From an uncultured Anaerolineae bacterium (GTDB taxonomy: Bacteria; Chloroflexota; Anaerolineae; DAOTYC01), in NCBI GenBank assembly GCA_964589015.1, contig CAZPTF010000001.1:1-61468 (forward strand): DNA of 61,468 nt, written 5' to 3'. Under the pieces are notes generated by a model that was not told the origin of the DNA, did not search any database, and saw only the letters and a list, made by a program, of their open reading frames with translations. The position numbers and the translations under genes were made by a program. This document shows positions 43,468-53,200 of this stretch, in pieces. How positions within the stretch are numbered: position 1 is the first letter of the stretch; the number at the start of each line of letters is the position of its first letter.

Positions 43468-46400
43468 TCAGCCGGCTGTGGAGGCCACTTCCGCCGGTTC
43501 TGCGAACTGGGCGAGGATCAATTCGCGTGTACGGAACGTGTCCCAGCGGGCGATTTCGTATTTGGCGGCGGTGGGGAAATCCTCAAGAATGAAAGACATC
43601 TCCGACGCGGTCAGGCCGAGGATGTCCCGGGCGACGATGGCGTCTAGCTCGGCGCGTGCCTTAAGCCGCTCCTCTTCGTCCTCGATCGAACCCGGCTCCG
43701 ACCCAGCCACCCAGCCGTCGGCAGCCAGTTGCCGCCAGAGTGGGACCATCTCGGGGCCGCAGCATGTCAGGCCGGCTGCGAGTTCGACACATCGCCGGGC
43801 ATACGGCTTATCGTCCACAAGAGTCGGAAACGGCATGCTGTCCATGGTCGTGTAGGACATCTTGAGGCTCACCTTTCGCCGGATGAGGTAGTCCATGCTG
43901 AAAGAATTCGCCACTGTAAGCCACAACAGCATCTGCCACGGCAGCATCTGCCACGGCAGGCCATTCTCGAAAAGGAGTGTTGGCACCTTGTCGCCGGCTA
44001 CTGTGTGAGGAGGAATGATTGCCGCAACCAGGCTCCTTTCGTTCGTGGGGCTTGCGACATCGCAGAAGCCAATTCGGAAGCATCGAACTCGCTCAAGCAC
44101 CTTCTCAGGCAGCTTGTCCTCAGCAATGCACCACTGCGGCTGGATTCTCTTACGGGGATCTCCGAACGAATAGTCGTCCCAGACAGCGGATCGACCACGC
44201 CCGGAGACGTAGCCCTTTGCACGGTGATCGAACTGGGCAACCATTCGCCCCTCATACACTGGAAGCCCGTCGCCATCGGAGTTGAACAGGTCTCGGTTCG
44301 TTCCCATGTCGACTTCGCGCATGTACTTGCGAACAGGTCGCCACCGTTTCGTGTCACCAAACTTCGGCCAGCGGTCATAGACTTTCACAGAGACGTCCAC
44401 CGCCTCCTGAGATTCCAGCTCGGGAATGGCGAGGGCCGCCGGCGAAAACTCGCGAATCAGCCGGACGTCCATGAGCAGGCGCTTCCCCATAGTGGGCGAT
44501 AGCTCTGCCAGGGACGCGATGCGAAACGCCGTTGGAAACCGACTCGTCCTACCGCCGATCGCGGCGACGTAAAGGCAGAATTTCGTGCGTCCGTCGATGT
44601 TAGGGAACCAGATTCCGCGCAGATTCTCAAAGCCAAGCAAGAGCTCCAACTCCGTGTCATCGTACAAGTGTCGCCTAATCGCGGCAGCGTTGGGACCGTT
44701 GTACAGGTTCTCCGGAGTGAGCTGGGCCGCTCGACAACCGGTGTTCGTCCAATCCAGCGCCGTCTCGACGAACATGCGATAGACGTTGAAATCACCCTTA
44801 CCCAGGTTGCCCTTGGCGAAGAGTCGGTAACGCCCGCTGCGCTTGATGAAGTGTACGCTTGCGTAGAGGTCGCGGCGGTTCTGCTCCCATGCGGCTTTGA
44901 TCTGCGGATTCTCGCTCAACTCGGCGACAATGCGCTCCTGCTCGTCCTTCTCGCTGAAGCGGATCTGGGGATCGTATTGGGCGAAGAACTCCTTGAGGTC
45001 CGGGCTTAGGGTGTCCCAGGGCGGATTCCCTAGCATCAGGTCGAAGCCGCCACTCCAGCCGCTGTGGCCATCAGCGTTTGCACTCTCCTCTGGGAGCTGG
45101 AAGACGTCGGGAAAGCCGAGGTGCGGGTGGAAGAACCGGTAATGCTCCGCGAGACGCCGGATCTCCTGTTTCATCCACGGGACGATGTCATGCGGGTTCG
45201 CTTCGATGCGGCGGAACACGGATTCCGTGATAGCGTCGTCGAATTCCCGCGTCTTCGTCCAGACGAATGCTGCGCACCAGGCGTCAGCGAGCAGGTGGGC
45301 GCTTTCGTAGCCTGAAGACTCGATGAGTTCAGTATATCGCTGCGCTTTCGCCTCGACGTCGGCAAGCGAATCGTCACTCATCGCGTCAAGCGTGGCAAAG
45401 GTCTGCGGCATGTTGCCAAGCTTGAGCCACGGAAGTGCTCCCTCGAAGGTGAACAACGCCTGGCCGCCCCGTTCATCCTTGTTTCGCTTTTTGAAAGCTG
45501 TGCATAGCTCCTTGTTATCGCCCTCGATTGCGTTGAATGCGTCGTCTGGAACGCCGTCCTTGAGCAAACGCGGCGTGGCTCCAATCAATGAGTTGCCGCA
45601 CTTGATGTGGTGGTCGAGGAAGGTGAGCGGCTTGCCTGGCTCCAACGCCTCCATCCATAGCGACACCTTGCAGAGCTCGACGGCCATCGGGTTGATGTCG
45701 ACGCCATAAATGCAGCGACGGATCACATCACGAAGCGCATGCTGGTGGTCAGCGGGGGTCGGCTCCAGCTCGCCTGTGCGAACGCGCGCGAGATGGCGGG
45801 ATAGGCGGTGAGCAGCTGCAATCAGGAAGTGCCCCGAGCCGCTGGCCGGGTCGCAGACCTTCAGGCTCAGGATGGCCTCTTCTGCCTCGTCGCCTTTCTT
45901 GCCCTTCAGCGCGTCCTTCACGACCGGCTCGAGGGCAGAGTCGAGAAGACACTGCACCAGCGAATCGGGCGTGTAGTACGAGCCGCTGGTCTTTCGCTCG
46001 CTCCCGGCCACGGTGAGCAGGTTGAACGAGCGGGCGTGGGCGTCCATATCGGGTTGCAGTTCAAGCAGGGACTCGTAGACCGAGCCGAGCTCTTCGGAGC
46101 CGAGATTGCGGTAATCGACGCCGCGGAGGACCTTGTCCCGCTCAACATAGGCGAGCGAGCGGATGGCAGCGAGCAGATCATCGTTGCGGATGAGCACGGG
46201 CCCTGCGACCGTGTCGCCGTCTTTGCCCACCGGGCCGAGCAGGTCGGGCGTGGACTTGCGGGACCAGAGGAATGAGCCGAGACCCGCCAGCCCGAGCTGC
46301 GGGCAACCTTCCTTGTGGCCGAGGGCGTCGAAGACGAGCGAGAGCGTGTGCCACAGGTCGGCGTGTTTCGAGCCACGCATCTTCGTGGCCAGTTCGCGCA

Positions 46401-47379
46401 GGCGACGCGTTGAGTAGTGCTGATCGAAGAGGTTGCAGGCATCCTCGGATGCGTCCGGGGGATGGAGCAGCTCGCGGTCTTCGGCGACAAACAAGAACAG
46501 CAGGCGGTACACGATCCGCAGGAGTTGTCGATAGTAGTCCTGCGTCGAGAGTTCGCCCTTCTCTAACTTGACCCGCAAGTGCTCGTTGCGTGGGTGGCCG
46601 ACAAAGCCGCGTCCCAGGGCTTCGATTGCTCGGGTGACGCCGGTGCGGAGATCGGCCAGGACGCGCGTGCCCTGCTCCTGAGCGAGCTTGCTCCACGTTT
46701 CGAGCCAGAACTCGTCGGGTTTGTCACCCTCAACGCGAGACTGGTGGCAGAGCATCCAGAGCAACGCGAAGTCGGCGTAGACCTCGCCTTCCATCATTGC
46801 TTCGACGTCGAACTCGACGTAGGCCTGGCGCGAAAGCGCCAGATTGTCGCGCAGTATGCGAAGCTGAAGCCCGTTCGACAGGAACGCCCACAGGTGGTCG
46901 TCAGAGCGGTTGAGGAACTCCTGCACCATGCTGTGTGGGCTGGCCGTGGCGGCGCCACGCACACCCTTGGTGCGGCGGTCGAGGGGCAGCTTGCAGCCGA
47001 TCAGGTGCAGCGGCACGCGGTGCCAGAAGCGCTCAATGGGGTAGACTTTGCCTTCGATCTCGGGCGACTTTGATGTTGTCAGTCGGCCGAAGCCCAGTTC
47101 CTGGAAGAGCGGTAGGAGCCATCGTTCGCGCGTTGGCACGGCGCCGCTCTCGTCACTGTCCGGAATGGCCTCACGGGCTTCCTGGAACACCTTCCAGTGC
47201 TTGAGCAGCCGAGTCCATGTCTGGCTGACAGCCTCATTGAGCTTGGTCGATGGGGGAAGGTGATAGGCATCGGGCGAAATACCCTCGACTTGGAGAGACG
47301 CGATGCGCTGGAGGATGTCCGGCGGCAGCATCGCGCCTTCGGAACGAATCGTCTGGAACTGTTCATTCTTACGCGCCAT
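43468..47379 (-). CDS. drmMI: large N6-adenine DNA methyltransferase (Eco57I/PglX-like); DISARM class-1 DrmMI-like
   Basis: Motif I 'VCDPASGSGHFLIAAA' and motif IV 'MLGNPPWD'. It is 1303 aa and its start overlaps the SNF2 gene stop by 11 nt. Confidence 0.85.
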   Translation of the reverse strand: MARKNEQFQTIRSEGAMLPPDILQRIASLQVEGISPDAYHLPPSTKLNEAVSQTWTRLLKHWKVFQEAREAIPDSDESGAVPTRERWLLPLFQELGFGRLTTSKSPEIEGKVYPIERFWHRVPLHLIGCKLPLDRRTKGVRGAATASPHSMVQEFLNRSDDHLWAFLSNGLQLRILRDNLALSRQAYVEFDVEAMMEGEVYADFALLWMLCHQSRVEGDKPDEFWLETWSKLAQEQGTRVLADLRTGVTRAIEALGRGFVGHPRNEHLRVKLEKGELSTQDYYRQLLRIVYRLLFLFVAEDRELLHPPDASEDACNLFDQHYSTRRLRELATKMRGSKHADLWHTLSLVFDALGHKEGCPQLGLAGLGSFLWSRKSTPDLLGPVGKDGDTVAGPVLIRNDDLLAAIRSLAYVERDKVLRGVDYRNLGSEELGSVYESLLELQPDMDAHARSFNLLTVAGSERKTSGSYYTPDSLVQCLLDSALEPVVKDALKGKKGDEAEEAILSLKVCDPASGSGHFLIAAAHRLSRHLARVRTGELEPTPADHQHALRDVIRRCIYGVDINPMAVELCKVSLWMEALEPGKPLTFLDHHIKCGNSLIGATPRLLKDGVPDDAFNAIEGDNKELCTAFKKRNKDERGGQALFTFEGALPWLKLGNMPQTFATLDAMSDDSLADVEAKAQRYTELIESSGYESAHLLADAWCAAFVWTKTREFDDAITESVFRRIEANPHDIVPWMKQEIRRLAEHYRFFHPHLGFPDVFQLPEESANADGHSGWSGGFDLMLGNPPWDTLSPDLKEFFAQYDPQIRFSEKDEQERIVAELSENPQIKAAWEQNRRDLYASVHFIKRSGRYRLFAKGNLGKGDFNVYRMFVETALDWTNTGCRAAQLTPENLYNGPNAAAIRRHLYDDTELELLLGFENLRGIWFPNIDGRTKFCLYVAAIGGRTSRFPTAFRIASLAELSPTMGKRLLMDVRLIREFSPAALAIPELESQEAVDVSVKVYDRWPKFGDTKRWRPVRKYMREVDMGTNRDLFNSDGDGLPVYEGRMVAQFDHRAKGYVSGRGRSAVWDDYSFGDPRKRIQPQWCIAEDKLPEKVLERVRCFRIGFCDVASPTNERSLVAAIIPPHTVAGDKVPTLLFENGLPWQMLPWQMLLWLTVANSFSMDYLIRRKVSLKMSYTTMDSMPFPTLVDDKPYARRCVELAAGLTCCGPEMVPLWRQLAADGWVAGSEPGSIEDEEERLKARAELDAIVARDILGLTASEMSFILEDFPTAAKYEIARWDTFRTRELILAQFAEPAEVASTAG
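43927..43959 (-). repeat. perfect in-frame 15-bp tandem duplication inside the methyltransferase gene
   Basis: The unit catctgccacggcag occurs twice (43930-43944 and 43945-43959) and is preceded by a partial 'cag'. It encodes 'LPWQM-LPWQM-L'. Confidence 0.9.
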
Positions 47380-50245
47380 GTGATCGCGCCTCCTGCTCTG
47401 CTGGCGGCAGTAGAATGAAACAGCCCAACAGGTCCGGTGGAAGCACCGGCTCGACCGCGACGCGTCCCTTCATCTTGGCGGACTTGCGCACACGGGTATG
47501 GGCGTCAAGAAGCAGTTCCGCCCGGTGCTTCGCCAGCTTGGCCAGGTGAGGTTCAAGCGGCGCCGCATGAGAGACGAGGTGGGTAACCTGCGCCGTGACC
47601 AGCGATGGGGGGACGTTCGCCGACGGCTTGGCCTGAAGCAGTTCATCGGCGTCCTTTTCGTCGAGCCAGTTTGGCTGCTCGGGGGTACCGGTGAAGGCGA
47701 GGGCCCTGATCTCCTCGGCCAGCATGCAATGACCGGTTTCGCCACGCAGCTTCACGATCAGGTGGTAGCGGAAGCGTACGAGCAAGAGGGATGTCTTCTC
47801 TCGCACGGCGTCGGTGCGGATGGCGCCGCAGCGCTTCGCGATTATGCGCTCACCTTCGGCCGCCACCTCATCGAGGGCAGTCTCCAGTACGTACGAAGCC
47901 AGGCCTTCGATGATCGGGTGCGTGCGACTCAGGTAAATGATTCTCTCGTCGACAGGCAATTCAAAGCGGCCGACAAACGGTTCGTCCCGGCCAATCGCGT
48001 TGCGAAGGGCTCGGGGCGTCTCCTTCCCGAGCGTGACCTCAATTTGGCCCGACCGTTTCTGCTTCAGTGGAACGCCGGCAAGATGGAGCACATCCTCCAC
48101 GAAGTTCTTCGTGGTTGGGCCCGCGCCGATGGCTTCGCGGATTGCGGCGAGTTCCGCCGCTGCCTCCTCCTTCTTGATGGAAAGCTGGGCGAAGCGCGAG
48201 CGAGAGCGTTTTTCCTTGTCCTTGACGTCGTCCCACTTGGCATGCAAGTCTTCGCGTTGGGGTTTGAAGAACTCCTCGAAGCCAGGCAAGTACGGTCCGG
48301 CAATACCTGACGACTCCCGAAGCAGCATTCCCTCAAACAGGGCTTCAATCACGTCTTCGCTGTTTCCGGGAACCGCCACTGAGATGCCCAGATCGCTCTT
48401 GATCTGCTTGTGCTTTCGGAGGAGCACATCAAGCACGACGCCGTCGATCTGGTTGTCCTTGCCGAAGTACGTGAGTACGCGAACAGTATCGCGCGGCTGA
48501 CCGAAGCGGTCGACGCGTCCTTCACGCTGTTCATGCCGAGTGGGATTCCAGGACAGGTCGTAGTGCATAACGGCGTCGAACTCGTCTTGCAGGTTGATTC
48601 CCTCGCTCAGGCAGTCCGTACAGACGAGGACGCGTGAATCGTGCTCTGCAAGTTGTTTGATTCGATCCTCGCGCTCTTTCGGAGGGAGCATTCCGGTGAC
48701 GGCAGCAACTTCGACGCCTTGTTTCTTGAATGCTGCACGAAGGTGCTCGGCCAGGTATTCCGCCGTGTCGACAAACCGGCAGAAGAGAATCGGATGATGC
48801 CCAGCATCGAGAAGTTCTTTGACGAGCTTGATGCCCTTGTTCAGCTTCTCGTCCTTCTTGCTCTCGAGCTTCTCGGCTTCGCGGGCGAAGGATCGGAGGC
48901 GGTCTCGTAGTGAGCGGTCTGCGGATTCGTCCGCGGCATCGCCGCCAGGCGTGAAGTCGATGCCCTCGACGGTATCCAGGTCCTCCTGGTCCAACACTGC
49001 ACGCCGGCCAAGTTCGTCAGCGTCTTCGGGCGTCTCCGAATCGGCAGTGGCGGCTCGATTTCGGAGCGTCGACGCGGCTGCACGAGGGCTGGAAGCGAGC
49101 GACCGAAGAAGAGCAAGGGCCGACCACCAACGAACGCGCCGATGCCGTCCCGATCCACTCTTGTCGGCGACCATCTCCTGCGCGAACGCGAAGACCTTTT
49201 GGAAGAAAGCCTTGTACTCTGGACTCAACGCGTATGTGTCTTCTTTATCCTTGCGGTCTGGAAACGAAGTCTCGGCAAGGTAGTCACGAATATCGGCCCG
49301 GCGGCGCTGGATGAGATGGTCCGCGAGCTGCGCACGAATTGCGGCCCGCTCGTCTGTTTCAAGATCGGATGGAATCGAACCAAAATCGGCCCTCAAGAGC
49401 CCGAGCAGCGATCGAAACGCCGCCTCATTACCGCTGTGCGGTGTGGCTGTGACGAGAATCAGGTGGCGGTTGTCGTCAGCCGAAATGCGCTTCACGAGCT
49501 CGTGACGCGCCTGTCGTGCGCGGCCGGCCTTGTCGGCAATCGTGCACGTGTGGGCCTCATCCACGATCACTAGTTCCGGGCAGGCGCGAATGAAATCGTC
49601 CCTGCGACGCTCCGACTTGATGAAGTCGGTTGAGACGATCACCGCTGGATAACGGTCGAATAGCGATTCACCCGGACGGCATGAGCGTTCGAGCCGTTGC
49701 ACGGTTGAACTCAGTACGAGCTCCGCATCAATATGGAATTTCTGATGCAGCTCTCGCTGCCATTGCTCCGCCAGGTGTGGTGGGCATAGGACCGCGAGAC
49801 GGGTTGCCTCGCCTCGATCGAGCAGTTCGCGTGCGACCAAACTCGCTTCAATCGTCTTCCCGATACCGACATCGTCTGCAACGAGCAGCCGCACCGGGTC
49901 CAGCCGCATCGCCATCAGGAGCGGCACAAGCTGGTACGGACGTGGTTCAACGGCGATTCGACCGAAAGATCGGAACGGACCAGCCGCTGCCCTAGTGGAC
50001 AGCCTTGCTGCGTCTCGCAGCAAGCGACACGAGTGATAGTCGCCTGGCGAATCCGGGCTGGGTGGGCTGAAAGTCGACGGGACCACATCTTCGATGGCCG
50101 GCAAGACCGTCGTAATTTCGTCATCCAGCCCGCCAATCGGACGAACAACGAGCAAGTCGTCGGTCGAATCAGGCAGCACGACCCATTCACGGCCACGCAC
50201 TCGGACGAGGGCGCCCGAAGGAAGCGATCCAGCTACGGTCGTCAT
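47369..50245 (-). CDS. drmD: SNF2-family helicase; DISARM class-1 DrmD-like
   Basis: Motifs 'DDVGIGKTIEA', 'VIVDEAHTC', 'LVCTDCLSEGINLQ' and 'WNPTRHEQREGRVDRFGQ'. The ATG at 50245 forms an ATGA overlap with the upstream stop; the ORF opens with TTG at 50293. Confidence 0.88.
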   Translation of the reverse strand: MTTVAGSLPSGALVRVRGREWVVLPDSTDDLLVVRPIGGLDDEITTVLPAIEDVVPSTFSPPSPDSPGDYHSCRLLRDAARLSTRAAAGPFRSFGRIAVEPRPYQLVPLLMAMRLDPVRLLVADDVGIGKTIEASLVARELLDRGEATRLAVLCPPHLAEQWQRELHQKFHIDAELVLSSTVQRLERSCRPGESLFDRYPAVIVSTDFIKSERRRDDFIRACPELVIVDEAHTCTIADKAGRARQARHELVKRISADDNRHLILVTATPHSGNEAAFRSLLGLLRADFGSIPSDLETDERAAIRAQLADHLIQRRRADIRDYLAETSFPDRKDKEDTYALSPEYKAFFQKVFAFAQEMVADKSGSGRHRRVRWWSALALLRSLASSPRAAASTLRNRAATADSETPEDADELGRRAVLDQEDLDTVEGIDFTPGGDAADESADRSLRDRLRSFAREAEKLESKKDEKLNKGIKLVKELLDAGHHPILFCRFVDTAEYLAEHLRAAFKKQGVEVAAVTGMLPPKEREDRIKQLAEHDSRVLVCTDCLSEGINLQDEFDAVMHYDLSWNPTRHEQREGRVDRFGQPRDTVRVLTYFGKDNQIDGVVLDVLLRKHKQIKSDLGISVAVPGNSEDVIEALFEGMLLRESSGIAGPYLPGFEEFFKPQREDLHAKWDDVKDKEKRSRSRFAQLSIKKEEAAAELAAIREAIGAGPTTKNFVEDVLHLAGVPLKQKRSGQIEVTLGKETPRALRNAIGRDEPFVGRFELPVDERIIYLSRTHPIIEGLASYVLETALDEVAAEGERIIAKRCGAIRTDAVREKTSLLLVRFRYHLIVKLRGETGHCMLAEEIRALAFTGTPEQPNWLDEKDADELLQAKPSANVPPSLVTAQVTHLVSHAAPLEPHLAKLAKHRAELLLDAHTRVRKSAKMKGRVAVEPVLPPDLLGCFILLPPAEQEARSHGA

Positions 50246-53200
50246 TGGCTGCCTCCAAAGATGTCGCGGTACTGCCGAAAGACCGCATCCCAATCGGCGG
50301 CATGGTGGAAACGGATGACGAGATAGCCAGCCGCGAGCAGGCAGTCCGTAATTCGTTGATCTTCCGCTTGCTGGTCTGGCTCGTCATGCGGAGGCCCGTC
50401 GACATAAACCGCTGCGTTTGCGTCTTTGTAGAAGAAATCTGCGCGGGTGCGGCACGCGCTGATGAGGTGCTGACCGTGGGATGGGACGCGCAACCGCTTT
50501 TCCTCGACCTTGCGGAGCCACTTCTTCTCAAGTTGAGAATCGCAGCCCTGATTAAGCGCCGCCAGTAGGTCTTCACGCGTTTGCCGCCCGGGAGCCGTCC
50601 TTACGGTCGCTTGGGCAAGATCCCGCAGAACGTCAATGACCTTTTTGCGATCGATGATGCGGTGATCCAATTGGTTTCCGTATTCGAGGAGGCAGTCGTA
50701 GCAAGCCGCCTCGCAGCCGACTCCGTTTCCTGCCTCGCCGCCATGATCCTCACCGGTATCAGGGTCAAAGTGGCAGATCTCGATCGCCGTCCGAGCGATG
50801 CGACTCAGCGCATCTGCGTCCTCCACGAGTTGACGAAGGACACCAGCGCCGCCTTCTGCTGCTTCGTAGAAGAACAGCAAGCGTCGATCGTCACGGGAGG
50901 GCATGGCCTCTGCGGCAAGCTCTTCGGGTTCAAGCTGATACAACTGCTGGATCGCTTGCTTCAAGGCCGACTGCAACGATGCCATCACCGACGCGTCGTG
51001 GCGGACCTCGAACTCAACTGTCAGCGCATTGCGGCGGTCTTCAACATAAGGAACGACCCGCTCCACCCGCCGAGACATCGGATCATCTCGATCACCATCC
51101 TCCACTTCGCGGTTTCGAGCCCAATAGCCGCGTTCGACATCAAGCAGGAACCCCTTCTCGTTGGGATTGGAGCGCCGGAGCCACCCCAGGTTGACTCGCC
51201 AGATCGTCGCCGTGTCACCGTATTTGAGGGTGGCAATGTGACAAGGTCCGGACGCGACCTCTGCGGTTCGTACATCGGGAATAGCATCGACGTCCGAGAA
51301 GCGAAAGCTCGTGCGTATTTCGTAACCGATACGCTGTCTCTCTTCCTCGTCTGACGTGATTCTGTCCTTACGCCTGGCGGTAACGTTCTGCAAACGTACC
51401 ATCTCCCGAATCTCGTCTCGGGGATACAGCGGTTGATGACAATTGTCGCAGATGTCCACACCCGGCCCACTCGCGACGAGGTGCCCGTAGCCACAAACCG
51501 AGCAGGCCTTCATCGTTGCTTTCGTTAGGTCTTGTCCCTCCCTGTCGAAGGCCAGATTAACCTTGTTGATGACGTAACGTGCACCCTCGTGATAGACGAG
51601 TGCTTGCGGTCCAAACTCAGAAATGGCCAAGAAACGCGGGCGGGAGAGGTATTCGTCTCTTCCTCTTCGCCCACGACGTGCCGGAATGAACGCTGAGAGC
51701 GGCAGTCGCGGAAAGCTGTAGCCAGGCAGAAACGCCTCGCTGGCGAAGTACCGGTAGCTGTAGAAGTCGCCTTCTATAACTCCTTGGGGGCTGGTGAGCA
51801 GCTGAATCTGTGATTCCGCTTGCGCTCGAAGCCGCTTCGCTCGCTCCCGGTCAATTGCAGGTCGACTATGGTCACCAATCACCTGGTTCTGCAAGTGGCG
51901 CTGCTGAACGGCGGCCTTGTAGAGGCTTCGCCATCTTGTGCACGCCTCATCAAAGGTCTGAGGCAGTCGTGCAAGCACATCGTCAACCCAATCGTCCCGG
52001 TACCACGGGGCTTCGCCAAGCTCGGGCCCGATGCGCTGCAGCAGCGTTTTGGCGCGCTCCAGCGCGCGCAGGCGCACAGTAGCATCCCGTAGCCGCTCCT
52101 CGATCTCTGACTTCAGTGGCAACGACAAATCGTCCTCCGTAACGACGAGAACATCGGTAAGCGTCTGGCCCAGGTTCATTTGGGCCTCAGACAGCCACAC
52201 CGCATGAACGTGAGCTTGAATCAGGTCGCGGTTCAGGAGATCGAGTCGGGGCGCGGACACAGCTCCGCAGACCATGCCATTGGGATGTCGGAAGTAATAC
52301 TGATCGTGAGGACTGAAGCCCGAACAGTACGTGTACACGAGCGCCGGCTGCCCGCTGCGCCCTGCGCGCCCACTCCGTTGGGCATAGTTAGCTGGCGTGG
52401 GGGGCACGTTTCGCATGTTGACCACGTTGAGCTGAGCGATATCGACGCCCAACTCCATGGTTGGCGAACAGAACAAGATCGGGAGGTCACCGGCGCGGAA
52501 CCGCTGCTCCCGTTCAATCCGCACATCGGAAGGAACTTGAGCCGTGTGCTCGCGTGCTTCGAGACCGGCACCACTGTCGGCGAACGTCTTGTAGAACTCC
52601 ACAAAGTACTGGTTGGCTGCTCGGTCAACGTCGGTCTCGCGGGTAACTCGCAAGGGATCGACAAGCGGACAAGAACCGTCTCCGGCCCTCCAGTGCATTA
52701 CGGATGCAGGGACTTGGTAGCCAGGGACATCACCACCTTGTCGGGGTGATCGCACCTCTTCAACAAGTCCCCACTTCTTGAGCCCCTGAAAGAGGTCCGC
52801 CACGATTGTCGCCGTGTCGTCGAGCGTAAGCTGCCCCTCCGTGTGCGTCATTACGCCAGGACGGCGGAGATACAGCCCGAAGTTGCTTTGAGGCGAGACG
52901 AATATGTCCTCATGCCGCTCACGTGCGCCACGGCTCCGAGGCCACGCGACGCCAGCTCGCTCCATGGTGGCGGGGTCTTCGATGACCCAAGGGTCTCGTA
53001 GACGCTGCCGGCTCTGTTCGCTGATACGCTCTTGATATGTCGGGTTCAGCGTATCTTCTTTGACGGCGAGGCTACGCCGCATATGGTCGAGCAGCGTCCG
53101 GATCACGTCGGCGCGCTGAGCTGCGGTCGAGGCAATCAACGTGGCGTGCGCGTGGCGGTCCTGCCAAAACTGCATGTCGCAGGCAGCGTCATCCAGGCCA

